A stretch of DNA of 6,866 nucleotides from a virus: the IMG/VR virus record IMGVR_UViG_3300017967_000005; one strand, written 5' to 3'. The position numbers and the translations under genes are program-made. Positions 1 through 5,825 of the stretch are shown here, piece by piece (positions within the stretch are counted from its first letter, which is position 1; every line of letters begins with the position of its first letter). Below the pieces are notes generated by a model, which was not told the origin of the DNA, did not search any database, and saw nothing but the letters and a program-made list of their open reading frames with translations.

Positions 1-29
1 ATTTAACATAAAATTACGTTATGCGACAT
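1..29 (-). other. dif-like XerC/XerD site 2, inverted orientation (same sequence as 6744..6772)
   Basis: The reverse complement reads ATGTCGCATAA-CGTAATT-TTATGTTAAAT. The XerD arm matches E. coli dif (GGTGCGCATAA-TGTATA-TTATGTTAAAT) at 11/11 positions. The XerC arm matches at 7/11 (CGCATAA core). The spacer is 7 nt rather than 6. Confidence 0.65.
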
Positions 30-93
30 TCGGCTATGAGCCAATAGGGGATTAATTCTAACTTTTAGAAAGCCTATCCGGAGAATTAGAAAA

Positions 94-120
94 GGGAGTT
101 TTAAAAACTCCCTTTTTTTT
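94..120. terminator. Bidirectional rho-independent terminator (second copy at 6837..6863)
   Basis: GGGAGTTTT (94..102) and AAAACTCCC (104..112) form an inverted repeat. It is followed by T8 (113..120) on the plus strand and preceded by AAAA (T-run on the minus strand). It lies immediately downstream of the minus-strand 70-aa ORF, whose stop is at 119..121. Confidence 0.75.
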
Positions 121-331
121 ATCTTGGAATAATTATTTTTCCAGATTCAGTGATTTCTATTAGCTCTATCCCTTGTTCTAGGACGATATGAGCCAATTCA
201 GTATCTTTAACAGGCTCTAACTTTTTATTGATTAAGACTTTGTTTATTTCAACTGCCTTATTTCTAAGGAGTTCTTTTTCCCTTTCATTTAGTCTCAACA
301 TTTGAGCCATTGCTGTTTTCTTCCGAATCAA
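119..331 (-). CDS. Small divergently transcribed protein (70 aa), putative phage transcriptional regulator or repressor
   Basis: The ORF has a TTG start at 331 with GAGGG (complement of 338..342) about 6 nt upstream. A terminator hairpin lies directly after the stop. It sits divergent to the replication module, as rstR does in CTXphi. The N-terminal 'MLRLNEREKELLRNKA' could form a ribbon-helix-helix strand plus helix. Function is inferred from position only. Confidence 0.55.
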   Translation of the reverse strand: MIRKKTAMAQMLRLNEREKELLRNKAVEINKVLINKKLEPVKDTELAHIVLEQGIELIEITESGKIIIPR

Positions 332-355
332 TTTAATCCCTCAATTCTATAGATA

Positions 356-426
356 CTTGTATACACGCTTTACATGATACATGTAAATCTGTTATCTTTT
401 TCCAAAATAGAAACATGTATACATGC
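356..426. promoter_or_regulatory. Divergent control region with three related palindromic operator-like sites
   Basis: TGTATACA (358..365) is a perfect 8-bp palindrome. TACATG-ata-CATGTA (371..385) is an inverted repeat. CATGTATACATG (414..425) is a perfect 12-bp palindrome. All three share TGTA/TACA or ATGTA/TACAT half-sites. They lie between the minus-strand regulator and the plus-strand operon. I could not assign convincing -10/-35 boxes. Confidence 0.5.
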
Positions 427-679
427 TATGCAAAGAACAACATTTGATAGTCCACAAGAATTTACTCAGGCTGCTTTTAACAGGGTGGCAGAGCTTGTTT
501 CTCAACATGGCCAATGTGCATTAGATAACTTTGTACCTGCTTTCTCCACAGAGCAGTGTTTAGAGCACTTAGCATTAGTTGCGTCTGAAATGGCTTATGA
601 CTATTCGTTGATTGATGTTCATGCAGATTTATACAAAAAAACAAACGCTGAATTAAAAGAAGAAATGGGGGATTGCTAA
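374..679 (+). CDS. Hypothetical protein (101 aa; 83 aa if translation starts at ATG 428)
   Basis: This is the first ORF of the plus-strand operon. Its stop overlaps the next ORF's start (TAATG at 677..681). The ATG at 374 lies inside the second palindrome and lacks a clear SD. Met19 (428) is an alternative start, also without a clear SD. I recognise no motif. Confidence 0.5.
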   Translation: MIHVNLLSFSKIETCIHAMQRTTFDSPQEFTQAAFNRVAELVSQHGQCALDNFVPAFSTEQCLEHLALVASEMAYDYSLIDVHADLYKKTNAELKEEMGDC

Positions 680-789
680 TGAAAATTTTAAGCATCGTTC
701 TAGGATCTGTTGATGTTGAGTGCCCGAAGTGCTTCTCAAGATTTCATCACCAGTATTTGCCATTTCATATGTCTAAGTGTGAGGGCTGA
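679..789 (+). CDS. 36-aa Cys/His-containing mini-protein (MKILSIVLGSVDVECPKCFSRFHHQYLPFHMSKCEG), not in the ORF track
   Basis: It has a TAATG overlap with the upstream ORF and GGGG at 667..670 as SD. Its stop (787..789) is 3 nt before the rep ATG, and its last codons carry the rep SD (GAGGG 781..785). CPKC plus HH, H and C residues suggest a possible zinc-binding knuckle. Confidence 0.45.
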   Translation: MKILSIVLGSVDVECPKCFSRFHHQYLPFHMSKCEG

Positions 790-792
790 TTC

Positions 793-2226
793 ATGACTTA
801 TAAATCTAAATACACAAAGACATATCCAAAAAGTCAGGGCAACACAGAAACTCGCTCAGAAACAACTCTGAAAAAACCTGTACAAAAAACAACCCAAACC
901 CGTAAAAACACGGTGGAAAGCCCTAAATCTGCACAATTCTTCTCAGCAGAATCTAGTCGCCTGACTGATTTTTCTACCCCCATTTATAACATGGGGGTTA
1001 CTACATTGGATCCTCGTCTCCAATACGATGAATTCACCTTCCCTCGTCGCCTAGACAATTGCAAAATGGTTCTCACGGAGAAAGGAAATGTTCCAGTTTT
1101 ACATTCTGTACCATGTGATGAATATGGGATTGCTTCGCACGATTGGATTACTTTTGGATTTTGCCAGTCAACTTTAGGCCAAGAATATTATTCACTTGAT
1201 CCGATGACTGCTGATTCAGAGCTAACCTATGGAATAGAAACGTTTTTAGATCATCATTTGCATGAAATATTCGGCTTTGGTCTTGGTGAAAAACGACAAA
1301 ACGGTATGCATAACTACAAGTTTGCATATGAATTACAAGACAAAATGGGCATGGTTTTATACGGTCATAGCTCTCGTCGTATTTCAATACAAATCAATGG
1401 TACTGGGTGTGCTCTAGCTCGTAAGGGTTGGCAAGTCCGTTTATATCAATACCTCACGTCTTACCAAAAATTTTATGATCCTCAAACAGGTTTCTTAAAA
1501 GAAACTGGCCCACGTGAGCCTAAATTAACCCGCGTCGACCTTGCCTATGATGACTTTGAGGGGCAATACATCACTGTAGATATTGCAGATGAATGGGATG
1601 ATGTAGGCGGATTTTGGTGTGGTGGTCGTCAACCTAAAATCGAAAAGATTGGCCCTTGGAAACGTCCAAACGGTAAAGGCCGTACCTTTGCTGTCGGTGA
1701 TCGCACCAGTGGGAAATATGCACGTTTTTATGAACGTGGAAAAAAAGAGGGTAGTCCTTTAAGCCCTTGGGTACGTGCTGAAGTCGAATTTAAGTCTAAA
1801 GACCGCTATATCCCGCTTGATATTTTGCTTTCTCCGTCTCAGTACTTTTTAGGCGCTTATCCTTGCTTTGAGTGGCTTGCCAAGCAATTAGAAAAAGATT
1901 TTTGCACCCCTGAAAAAACAAAAGTTGTTAAAAAACAATCTGAAATCAGTTGGGATAAAGCAATCGACGTTCTTAAAGTGCAATTCGGAAAATACATTCG
2001 TCAATTTGCCAAAGTGGTCGAACCTCAAGAATTAATTAATATGATTTCATCCGATAAAGATGAAGTTCCAAAACGTCTTAAGTTTTCACACGCTGCTGTC
2101 ATGCAGTCAATTCGTTTAAATCAACACTTTGAAACTAAACCAACATCACTGGAAGAGATGCCACTTTTTGTCGGTAAACCACTGGTGAACATGTCTGCTT
2201 ATAAGGAATTTGTCCATGCAATTTGA
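793..2226 (+). CDS. Rolling-circle replication initiation protein, Rep_trans/RstA-like (477 aa)
   Basis: GAGGG lies 7 nt upstream of the ATG. From memory of the Rep_trans (pT181 RepC / CTXphi RstA) family I recognise three motifs: 'IQINGTGCALAR', 'RVDLAYDD' (1531..1554) and 'ARFYERGKK...WVRAEVEFK' (Tyr codon at 1729..1731). Its position upstream of the ssb and coat genes is typical. Confidence 0.85.
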   Translation: MTYKSKYTKTYPKSQGNTETRSETTLKKPVQKTTQTRKNTVESPKSAQFFSAESSRLTDFSTPIYNMGVTTLDPRLQYDEFTFPRRLDNCKMVLTEKGNVPVLHSVPCDEYGIASHDWITFGFCQSTLGQEYYSLDPMTADSELTYGIETFLDHHLHEIFGFGLGEKRQNGMHNYKFAYELQDKMGMVLYGHSSRRISIQINGTGCALARKGWQVRLYQYLTSYQKFYDPQTGFLKETGPREPKLTRVDLAYDDFEGQYITVDIADEWDDVGGFWCGGRQPKIEKIGPWKRPNGKGRTFAVGDRTSGKYARFYERGKKEGSPLSPWVRAEVEFKSKDRYIPLDILLSPSQYFLGAYPCFEWLAKQLEKDFCTPEKTKVVKKQSEISWDKAIDVLKVQFGKYIRQFAKVVEPQELINMISSDKDEVPKRLKFSHAAVMQSIRLNQHFETKPTSLEEMPLFVGKPLVNMSAYKEFVHAI

Positions 2227-2512
2227 AACAACAATCGTGGTACTGGGTGCTAAAGCCTCTAAGGGTGAATACAACGGCCGACCGTTCGATTCAACCAAAA
2301 TTTTTGCACAAGCTGAATTACAGGAAGGTGAAAACTTCGCTGGTTTCGTTTCTACAGATTACACGTGGGGCACATCGTTCAATTTTGAACGTATTAAAGG
2401 CCTTGAATACCCATTCAAAGCCAAAGCAACCATGAAAAGTGTATCGAACGGCAAAGATTCAAAAACCATCTTGGTTGATCTAGTCCCCGAAAAAACAGCC
2501 CCTAAGGCTTAA
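2216..2512 (+). CDS. Putative ssDNA-binding protein (gpV/RstB analogue), 98 aa
   Basis: The track ORF begins with TTG at 2210. I prefer the ATG at 2216, which has AGGA (2204..2207) 8 nt upstream. The gene overlaps the rep stop (2224..2226). Its size (about 100 aa) and its position directly after rep match inovirus ssDNA-binding proteins. No motif-level confirmation is possible by eye. Confidence 0.6.
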   Translation: MQFETTIVVLGAKASKGEYNGRPFDSTKIFAQAELQEGENFAGFVSTDYTWGTSFNFERIKGLEYPFKAKATMKSVSNGKDSKTILVDLVPEKTAPKA

Positions 2513-2524
2513 GGATTTTAAAAA

Positions 2525-2701
2525 ATGGCATACGAGTGCAAAACATTACAGATTCAAGGTGAATTGCCCGTATGTACAGAATGGCAAGAAGCTAGCTTTT
2601 TGCCTGAATTAACCTCTGCGGATCGTGACTTGATCCTCCAGTGGGCTATAGGGATTTTCGCATTGGTCTTTGTAGTCAAAAAAATAATGCGGTTCTTTTA
2701 A
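2525..2701 (+). CDS. 58-aa small membrane-anchored protein, possible minor virion or morphogenesis protein; not in the ORF track
   Basis: AGGA (2512..2515) lies 9 nt upstream of the ATG. The translation is MAYECKTLQIQGELPVCTEWQEASFLPELTSADRDLILQWAIGIFALVFVVKKIMRFF. It has a C-terminal hydrophobic helix followed by a basic tail and lies between the ssb and major coat genes. Confidence 0.55.
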   Translation: MAYECKTLQIQGELPVCTEWQEASFLPELTSADRDLILQWAIGIFALVFVVKKIMRFF

Positions 2702-2722
2702 CAATTAATTGAGGCTCATCTC

Positions 2723-2962
2723 ATGAATAAAACTTTAAAACAACGTCTTGCTATCGTAAATAGCGAAAACATTGCAACTTATGGCACTGGTGCTGTTGTT
2801 TCTACTGCTCTTATGTCAAGCAATGCCAATGCTCTTGATGTTTCAACCGCTTTAACTGGTGCTGATGCAGAAGCAAACATTGAAACTGGTGCTCTTTGGG
2901 CATTGGGTATCGTGGTTGTAATTTACGGTGCTAAAAAAGTTATCGGCTTCTTCGGTCGTTAA
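2723..2962 (+). CDS. Major coat protein precursor (pVIII-like), 79 aa
   Basis: GAGG (2711..2714) lies 8 nt upstream. A long leader ends in ANA before LD. The predicted 42-aa mature peptide (2834..2959) is LDVSTALTGADAEANIETGALWALGIVVVIYGAKKVIGFFGR. It has an acidic N-terminus, a hydrophobic core and a basic C-terminus (K, K, R), the hallmark of inovirus major capsid proteins. Confidence 0.85.
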   Translation: MNKTLKQRLAIVNSENIATYGTGAVVSTALMSSNANALDVSTALTGADAEANIETGALWALGIVVVIYGAKKVIGFFGR

Positions 2963-2979
2963 TTTTTGGAGCCAAGAAA

Positions 2980-3051
2980 ATGACAGATTCAGATATTAAT
3001 TGGATTATTTTAGCTGTTGTTTTCTTGGCTTTTTATCGCTTATTTAAATAA
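2980..3051 (+). CDS. 23-aa hydrophobic peptide (MTDSDINWIILAVVFLAFYRLFK), pVII/pIX-like minor coat candidate; not in the ORF track
   Basis: GGAG (2968..2971) lies 8 nt upstream of the ATG. It has a single hydrophobic helix with an acidic N-terminus and a basic C-terminus. It sits between the major coat and pIII-like genes. Confidence 0.5.
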   Translation: MTDSDINWIILAVVFLAFYRLFK

Positions 3052-3074
3052 GAAACTAAATATTTGGGGGTTCT

Positions 3075-4064
3075 ATGAAAGCGTTTAAATATTTGGTTTT
3101 TCTTTTTTTCTTTTCAGCTCATGCAAACGCTGACTATTGGACGAATCCATATACTACTTCACGTGCTTCTAGTGCTTCTCAAGCCTGTTCTGATGGCGCA
3201 TCTTTCTTAAATAAGATCGTTCTCGATGTTACTATCAATTCTGCTTCAAGTGCTGCCTCTTGTGCTGTTTCCACTTCTAATGATTCACCCTACGTTTCTT
3301 ATTTTGATGTTACTTTTTATGAAGATGTTGAACCCAAAAAATGCGAAGCTGGAATTGTCCCTGTAACTTTAAAAGTTCCTGTAAGTTCAGGAAAAATGGT
3401 TTGTGTTGATAGCTGTCAATATTCTTTAACAAAGTGTGTTGATGTAGATTTTGAATCAGGTATGACCTGCGATGGTGTTAATGAGGGTCGAGAGTGTGGA
3501 ACACCTCCACCAACAACAACACCAACAACTCCGCCAGTAACCCAAGACCCAACAAACTCAACTGATAAAACTGACGAACAAAAAACATTCGAAAACATTA
3601 TGCATGTTATCGGTGAAAAATTAGATGGTATTAAAGACGCTATAACTGGCGGTAATCAAAATCAGGATGGTGGTGACACTGGCGGATCTAACGGTGGAAC
3701 AACTGGCGGTGACGTAAACGTCAATGTCGATATGTCCGAAACCAATGCCAAAATTGATGAAACCAATTCATTAATTGATGAATTAACCAAATGGCTTCAA
3801 GGTGAAGACTTCGGCGATGACATTTTTGGCGATAGTGAACCACCCGAAAAAGAATTAACCCCACAACAGTTAGACACAAATATATTTTCAGGCCGTGCGC
3901 AATGTCCTCCCGATGCAAGGCTGAGTTTCAATCTATTGGGTGGCAAGACATTTACCAAGACTTTCGAGTTTAAAGACTGGTGTGACAATCTCGAAATCTT
4001 TGGTTCATTAATTCTCATTGCTTCGTATCTCTACGGTGCTTACATCATAGTGAGTAAATCATAA
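3075..4064 (+). CDS. Minor coat / host-adsorption protein, pIII-like (329 aa)
   Basis: GGGGG (3066..3070) serves as SD. The signal peptide is MKAFKYLVFLFFFSAHANA, cleaved before DY. The N-terminal domain has 8 Cys. A Pro/Thr linker TPPPTTTPTTPPVTQDPT spans 3501..3554. A Gly-rich linker GGNQNQDGGDTGGSNGGTTGGD lies at about 3645..3713. The C-terminal domain ends in the membrane anchor LEIFGSLILIASYLYGAYIIVSKS. This is the classic pIII architecture and position. Confidence 0.8.
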   Translation: MKAFKYLVFLFFFSAHANADYWTNPYTTSRASSASQACSDGASFLNKIVLDVTINSASSAASCAVSTSNDSPYVSYFDVTFYEDVEPKKCEAGIVPVTLKVPVSSGKMVCVDSCQYSLTKCVDVDFESGMTCDGVNEGRECGTPPPTTTPTTPPVTQDPTNSTDKTDEQKTFENIMHVIGEKLDGIKDAITGGNQNQDGGDTGGSNGGTTGGDVNVNVDMSETNAKIDETNSLIDELTKWLQGEDFGDDIFGDSEPPEKELTPQQLDTNIFSGRAQCPPDARLSFNLLGGKTFTKTFEFKDWCDNLEIFGSLILIASYLYGAYIIVSKS

Positions 4065-4342
4065 TGCCTGCTATTTTAATCACGATTCTAGCTGCATTTG
4101 CTTCGTCACTCGTGGCAAAGCTAATGCTCGGTGCTGGTCTCGCATTTCTATCCTATACATTCATTAACGATTTAGTCGGTCAAGCTCAATCTGCAATGCT
4201 AGGCCTTTACTCCAATATTCCTGCAAATATCATGGGTATTTTGGGTATTTTAAAAATACCTCAAGCTTTGTCCGTGATTATGTCTGCAATTGGTACAGCA
4301 GCCTTTATTAAGTCATCCAAGCTCGCACTTGGGAAACAATAA
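4064..4342 (+). CDS. Minor coat protein, pVI-like (92 aa, polytopic hydrophobic)
   Basis: It has a TAATG overlap with the pIII-like gene (4062..4066). The protein is very hydrophobic with about three helical segments. Its size and its position between pIII and the assembly ATPase match pVI/Ace-type proteins. Confidence 0.7.
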   Translation: MPAILITILAAFASSLVAKLMLGAGLAFLSYTFINDLVGQAQSAMLGLYSNIPANIMGILGILKIPQALSVIMSAIGTAAFIKSSKLALGKQ

Positions 4343-4384
4343 CAAACGCACTAGAAGGAGGAACGACGTCCGCAGTGCGGTGTT

Positions 4385-5734
4385 ATGTTTCTCAAGTGGG
4401 GCAATATGGCAATTTTAATTACTGCGCCTTTGGGTACAGGCAAAACCCTCAAAACCATTGAGCTAATCTTTGAATACCTCAACCAAGGCCGTGAAGTTTA
4501 TACCAACATTATTGGCTTAAAAATCACGGGTGTTCGCAATATCGAATCAACGCCCAATGATCCATTTGACTGGCGTGATTTACCGCCTGAATCTGTGCTT
4601 GTCTACGATGAAGCACATGAACATCCTGCATTTTCTGAGCGTGATTTACTCAAAAACCTGAAAAATGAATATTATGAAGATCGTTTAAAAGCAATTCTAA
4701 AAATGTCTGGTCTATCAGATACAAAACGCAAAAGCTTGTATGCTGAGGTTGAAAAAGAATATTCAAAATTCATCAAGGATCGTAAAGAGCAGATTCTAGA
4801 CATTGGCCTAACCATGTCTATGCATCGACACTTTGGGCAAGAAGTTGTTTTAATTACTCAAAACCCAACCAAGCTCAATAAAGATACGCTTTCCAATGTC
4901 ACCATTCATTACGTCATGCGTCGCAAGTTTGGATTTGAAGCTGCCAATATTTGGACATTTGGTGAAGCCATGACAACCTGGGGCAAATCTGTTGCAGATT
5001 CTGCCTTGGTTAAAACCTATTGGAAATTCCCTAAGCATCTATACAAATTTTATGTTTCATCTGAAAAACACAACGTAAAAAAATACTTTCCTAAAAAGTA
5101 TTTTGCTTATGCTTGTATTCCGCTTTTAATCTTCGGCCTTGGCTATTCCAAAGCACGTGAAACTGGTTTCATGGGCTTAGTTCCAAAAGCTGAGCAGGCT
5201 GAACAAATTGAAAAAGTACCAACGGATCTCCCACAAGCTGAAATTGTTAGTTATACACCTGAACAACAAAAACAGATTGATACAAAAAGGGCTGAGTTCA
5301 TGGGCTTAACTTATGAGCAATATATGGATTTACAAAACCCTCAAGCCCAAGATGCCAAAAACTTAGCAGCTAACCAAAATTCAATCGATCAAATTGTAAA
5401 TACTTACAAGGCTGATAATCCATTTGATTATTCATACCTCACACCGCCACCAGTAACCGCACATCGAGTCTTTTCAGGTTGTATGAATGGTGTTGCATAC
5501 GACACACAAGGGACAATTCTCCATGATGCCCCTAAAGACCTATGCAAACGTGTAATGAAAGGCGATAGACCCTTTAACCCCTATAAACAACCTGAACAGG
5601 CAGTAAATTATGAGTATGCATCTGCTAAAGAAAACCCTCAAATACCTAATCATCCAAATCCTCAGGAAATGGTTGAACCGATTCCTTTAGATCAAAAAGT
5701 TTCAAGGGTGATTACTGGAGCGCATTCACTATGA
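4385..5734 (+). CDS. zot: Zot / pI-like morphogenesis (assembly) ATPase, 449 aa (442 aa if translation starts at ATG 4406)
   Basis: The N-terminal P-loop is 'MAILITAPLGTGKT' (Walker A at 4424..4447). Walker B is 'VLVYDEAH' (4595..4618). A single transmembrane segment 'FAYACIPLLIFGLGY' lies at about 5102..5146, followed by a C-terminal domain of about 190 aa. Zot-family proteins normally begin right at the P-loop strand, which favours Met8 (4406). The upstream ATG at 4385 is 23 nt from the AAGGAGG at 4355..4361. Confidence 0.9.
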   Translation: MFLKWGNMAILITAPLGTGKTLKTIELIFEYLNQGREVYTNIIGLKITGVRNIESTPNDPFDWRDLPPESVLVYDEAHEHPAFSERDLLKNLKNEYYEDRLKAILKMSGLSDTKRKSLYAEVEKEYSKFIKDRKEQILDIGLTMSMHRHFGQEVVLITQNPTKLNKDTLSNVTIHYVMRRKFGFEAANIWTFGEAMTTWGKSVADSALVKTYWKFPKHLYKFYVSSEKHNVKKYFPKKYFAYACIPLLIFGLGYSKARETGFMGLVPKAEQAEQIEKVPTDLPQAEIVSYTPEQQKQIDTKRAEFMGLTYEQYMDLQNPQAQDAKNLAANQNSIDQIVNTYKADNPFDYSYLTPPPVTAHRVFSGCMNGVAYDTQGTILHDAPKDLCKRVMKGDRPFNPYKQPEQAVNYEYASAKENPQIPNHPNPQEMVEPIPLDQKVSRVITGAHSL

Positions 5735-5811
5735 ATGAGATCGTAAATGGTGTGATTGTAGGTTTTGGAATTGGTCTTCTGATTCTGTATTTTATGTACA
5801 GGCAAAGGTGA
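5731..5811 (+). CDS. 26-aa transmembrane peptide (MNEIVNGVIVGFGIGLLILYFMYRQR); not in the ORF track
   Basis: It has an ATGA overlap with the zot stop (5731..5734). GGAG (5717..5720) lies 10 nt upstream. It has one Gly-rich hydrophobic helix and a basic tail. Confidence 0.4.
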   Translation: MNEIVNGVIVGFGIGLLILYFMYRQR

Positions 5812-5825
5812 AATGATTCAGTCTA

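Larger units (their letters stand above)
1..123. repeat. Terminal direct repeat, copy 1 (identical to 6744..6866)
   Basis: A base-by-base comparison of 1..123 with 6744..6866 shows identity, including the T8 run and the final 'atc'. The offset is 6,743 bp. Confidence 0.95.

Noticed and set aside
477-695. 72-aa minus-strand ORF antisense to orf101
   Set aside because: It lies wholly inside or overlapping plus-strand genes that show translational coupling. It has no SD and a Leu/Phe/Ser-rich shadow-like composition.
1148-1387. 79-aa minus-strand ORF inside rep
   Set aside because: It is antisense to a gene with recognisable Rep_trans-like motifs in the plus frame, so it is most likely a shadow ORF.
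2223-2435. 70-aa plus-strand ORF in an alternative frame of the ssb gene
   Set aside because: It is fully nested in the better-supported ssb frame. It has no SD of its own, and its start sits at the rep stop. Its composition (many R, K, L, S) looks like an off-frame product.
2692-2705. GTTCTTTTAACAAT resembles the Ff gene II nick site (GTTCTTTAATAGT)
   Set aside because: The Rep here belongs to a different family (Rep_trans-like). There is no flanking inverted repeat like the Ff origin hairpin. The sequence is the 3' end of the 58-aa ORF.
3501-3554. Repetitive CCA/ACA-rich DNA, possibly a tandem repeat
   Set aside because: It is the in-frame coding sequence of the Pro/Thr linker of the pIII-like protein. 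It is low-complexity coding sequence, not an independent repeat element.
3416-4018. Three minus-strand ORFs (3416..3598, 3721..3918, 3797..4018) antisense to the pIII-like gene
   Set aside because: They arise from low-complexity coding sequence on the plus strand (Pro/Thr and Gly linkers read as Gly/Val runs on the reverse strand). The plus frame has a coherent signal peptide, linkers and anchor.
4383-4393. TTATGTTTCTC at the zot start resembles an XerD arm (possible third dif-like site)
   Set aside because: The 17 nt upstream (ACGTCCGCAGT-GCGGTG) show no GCATAA-type XerC arm. This is a 7-nt chance match inside a coding or leader region.
4850-5038. 62-aa minus-strand ORF inside zot
   Set aside because: It is antisense to a gene with clear Walker A/B motifs. 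It has no SD and no recognisable features.
4970-5734. Possible internal in-frame start in zot producing a pXI-like protein (Met196)
   Set aside because: The only upstream Met near the transmembrane segment has no convincing SD. The idea rests purely on analogy with Ff gene I/XI.
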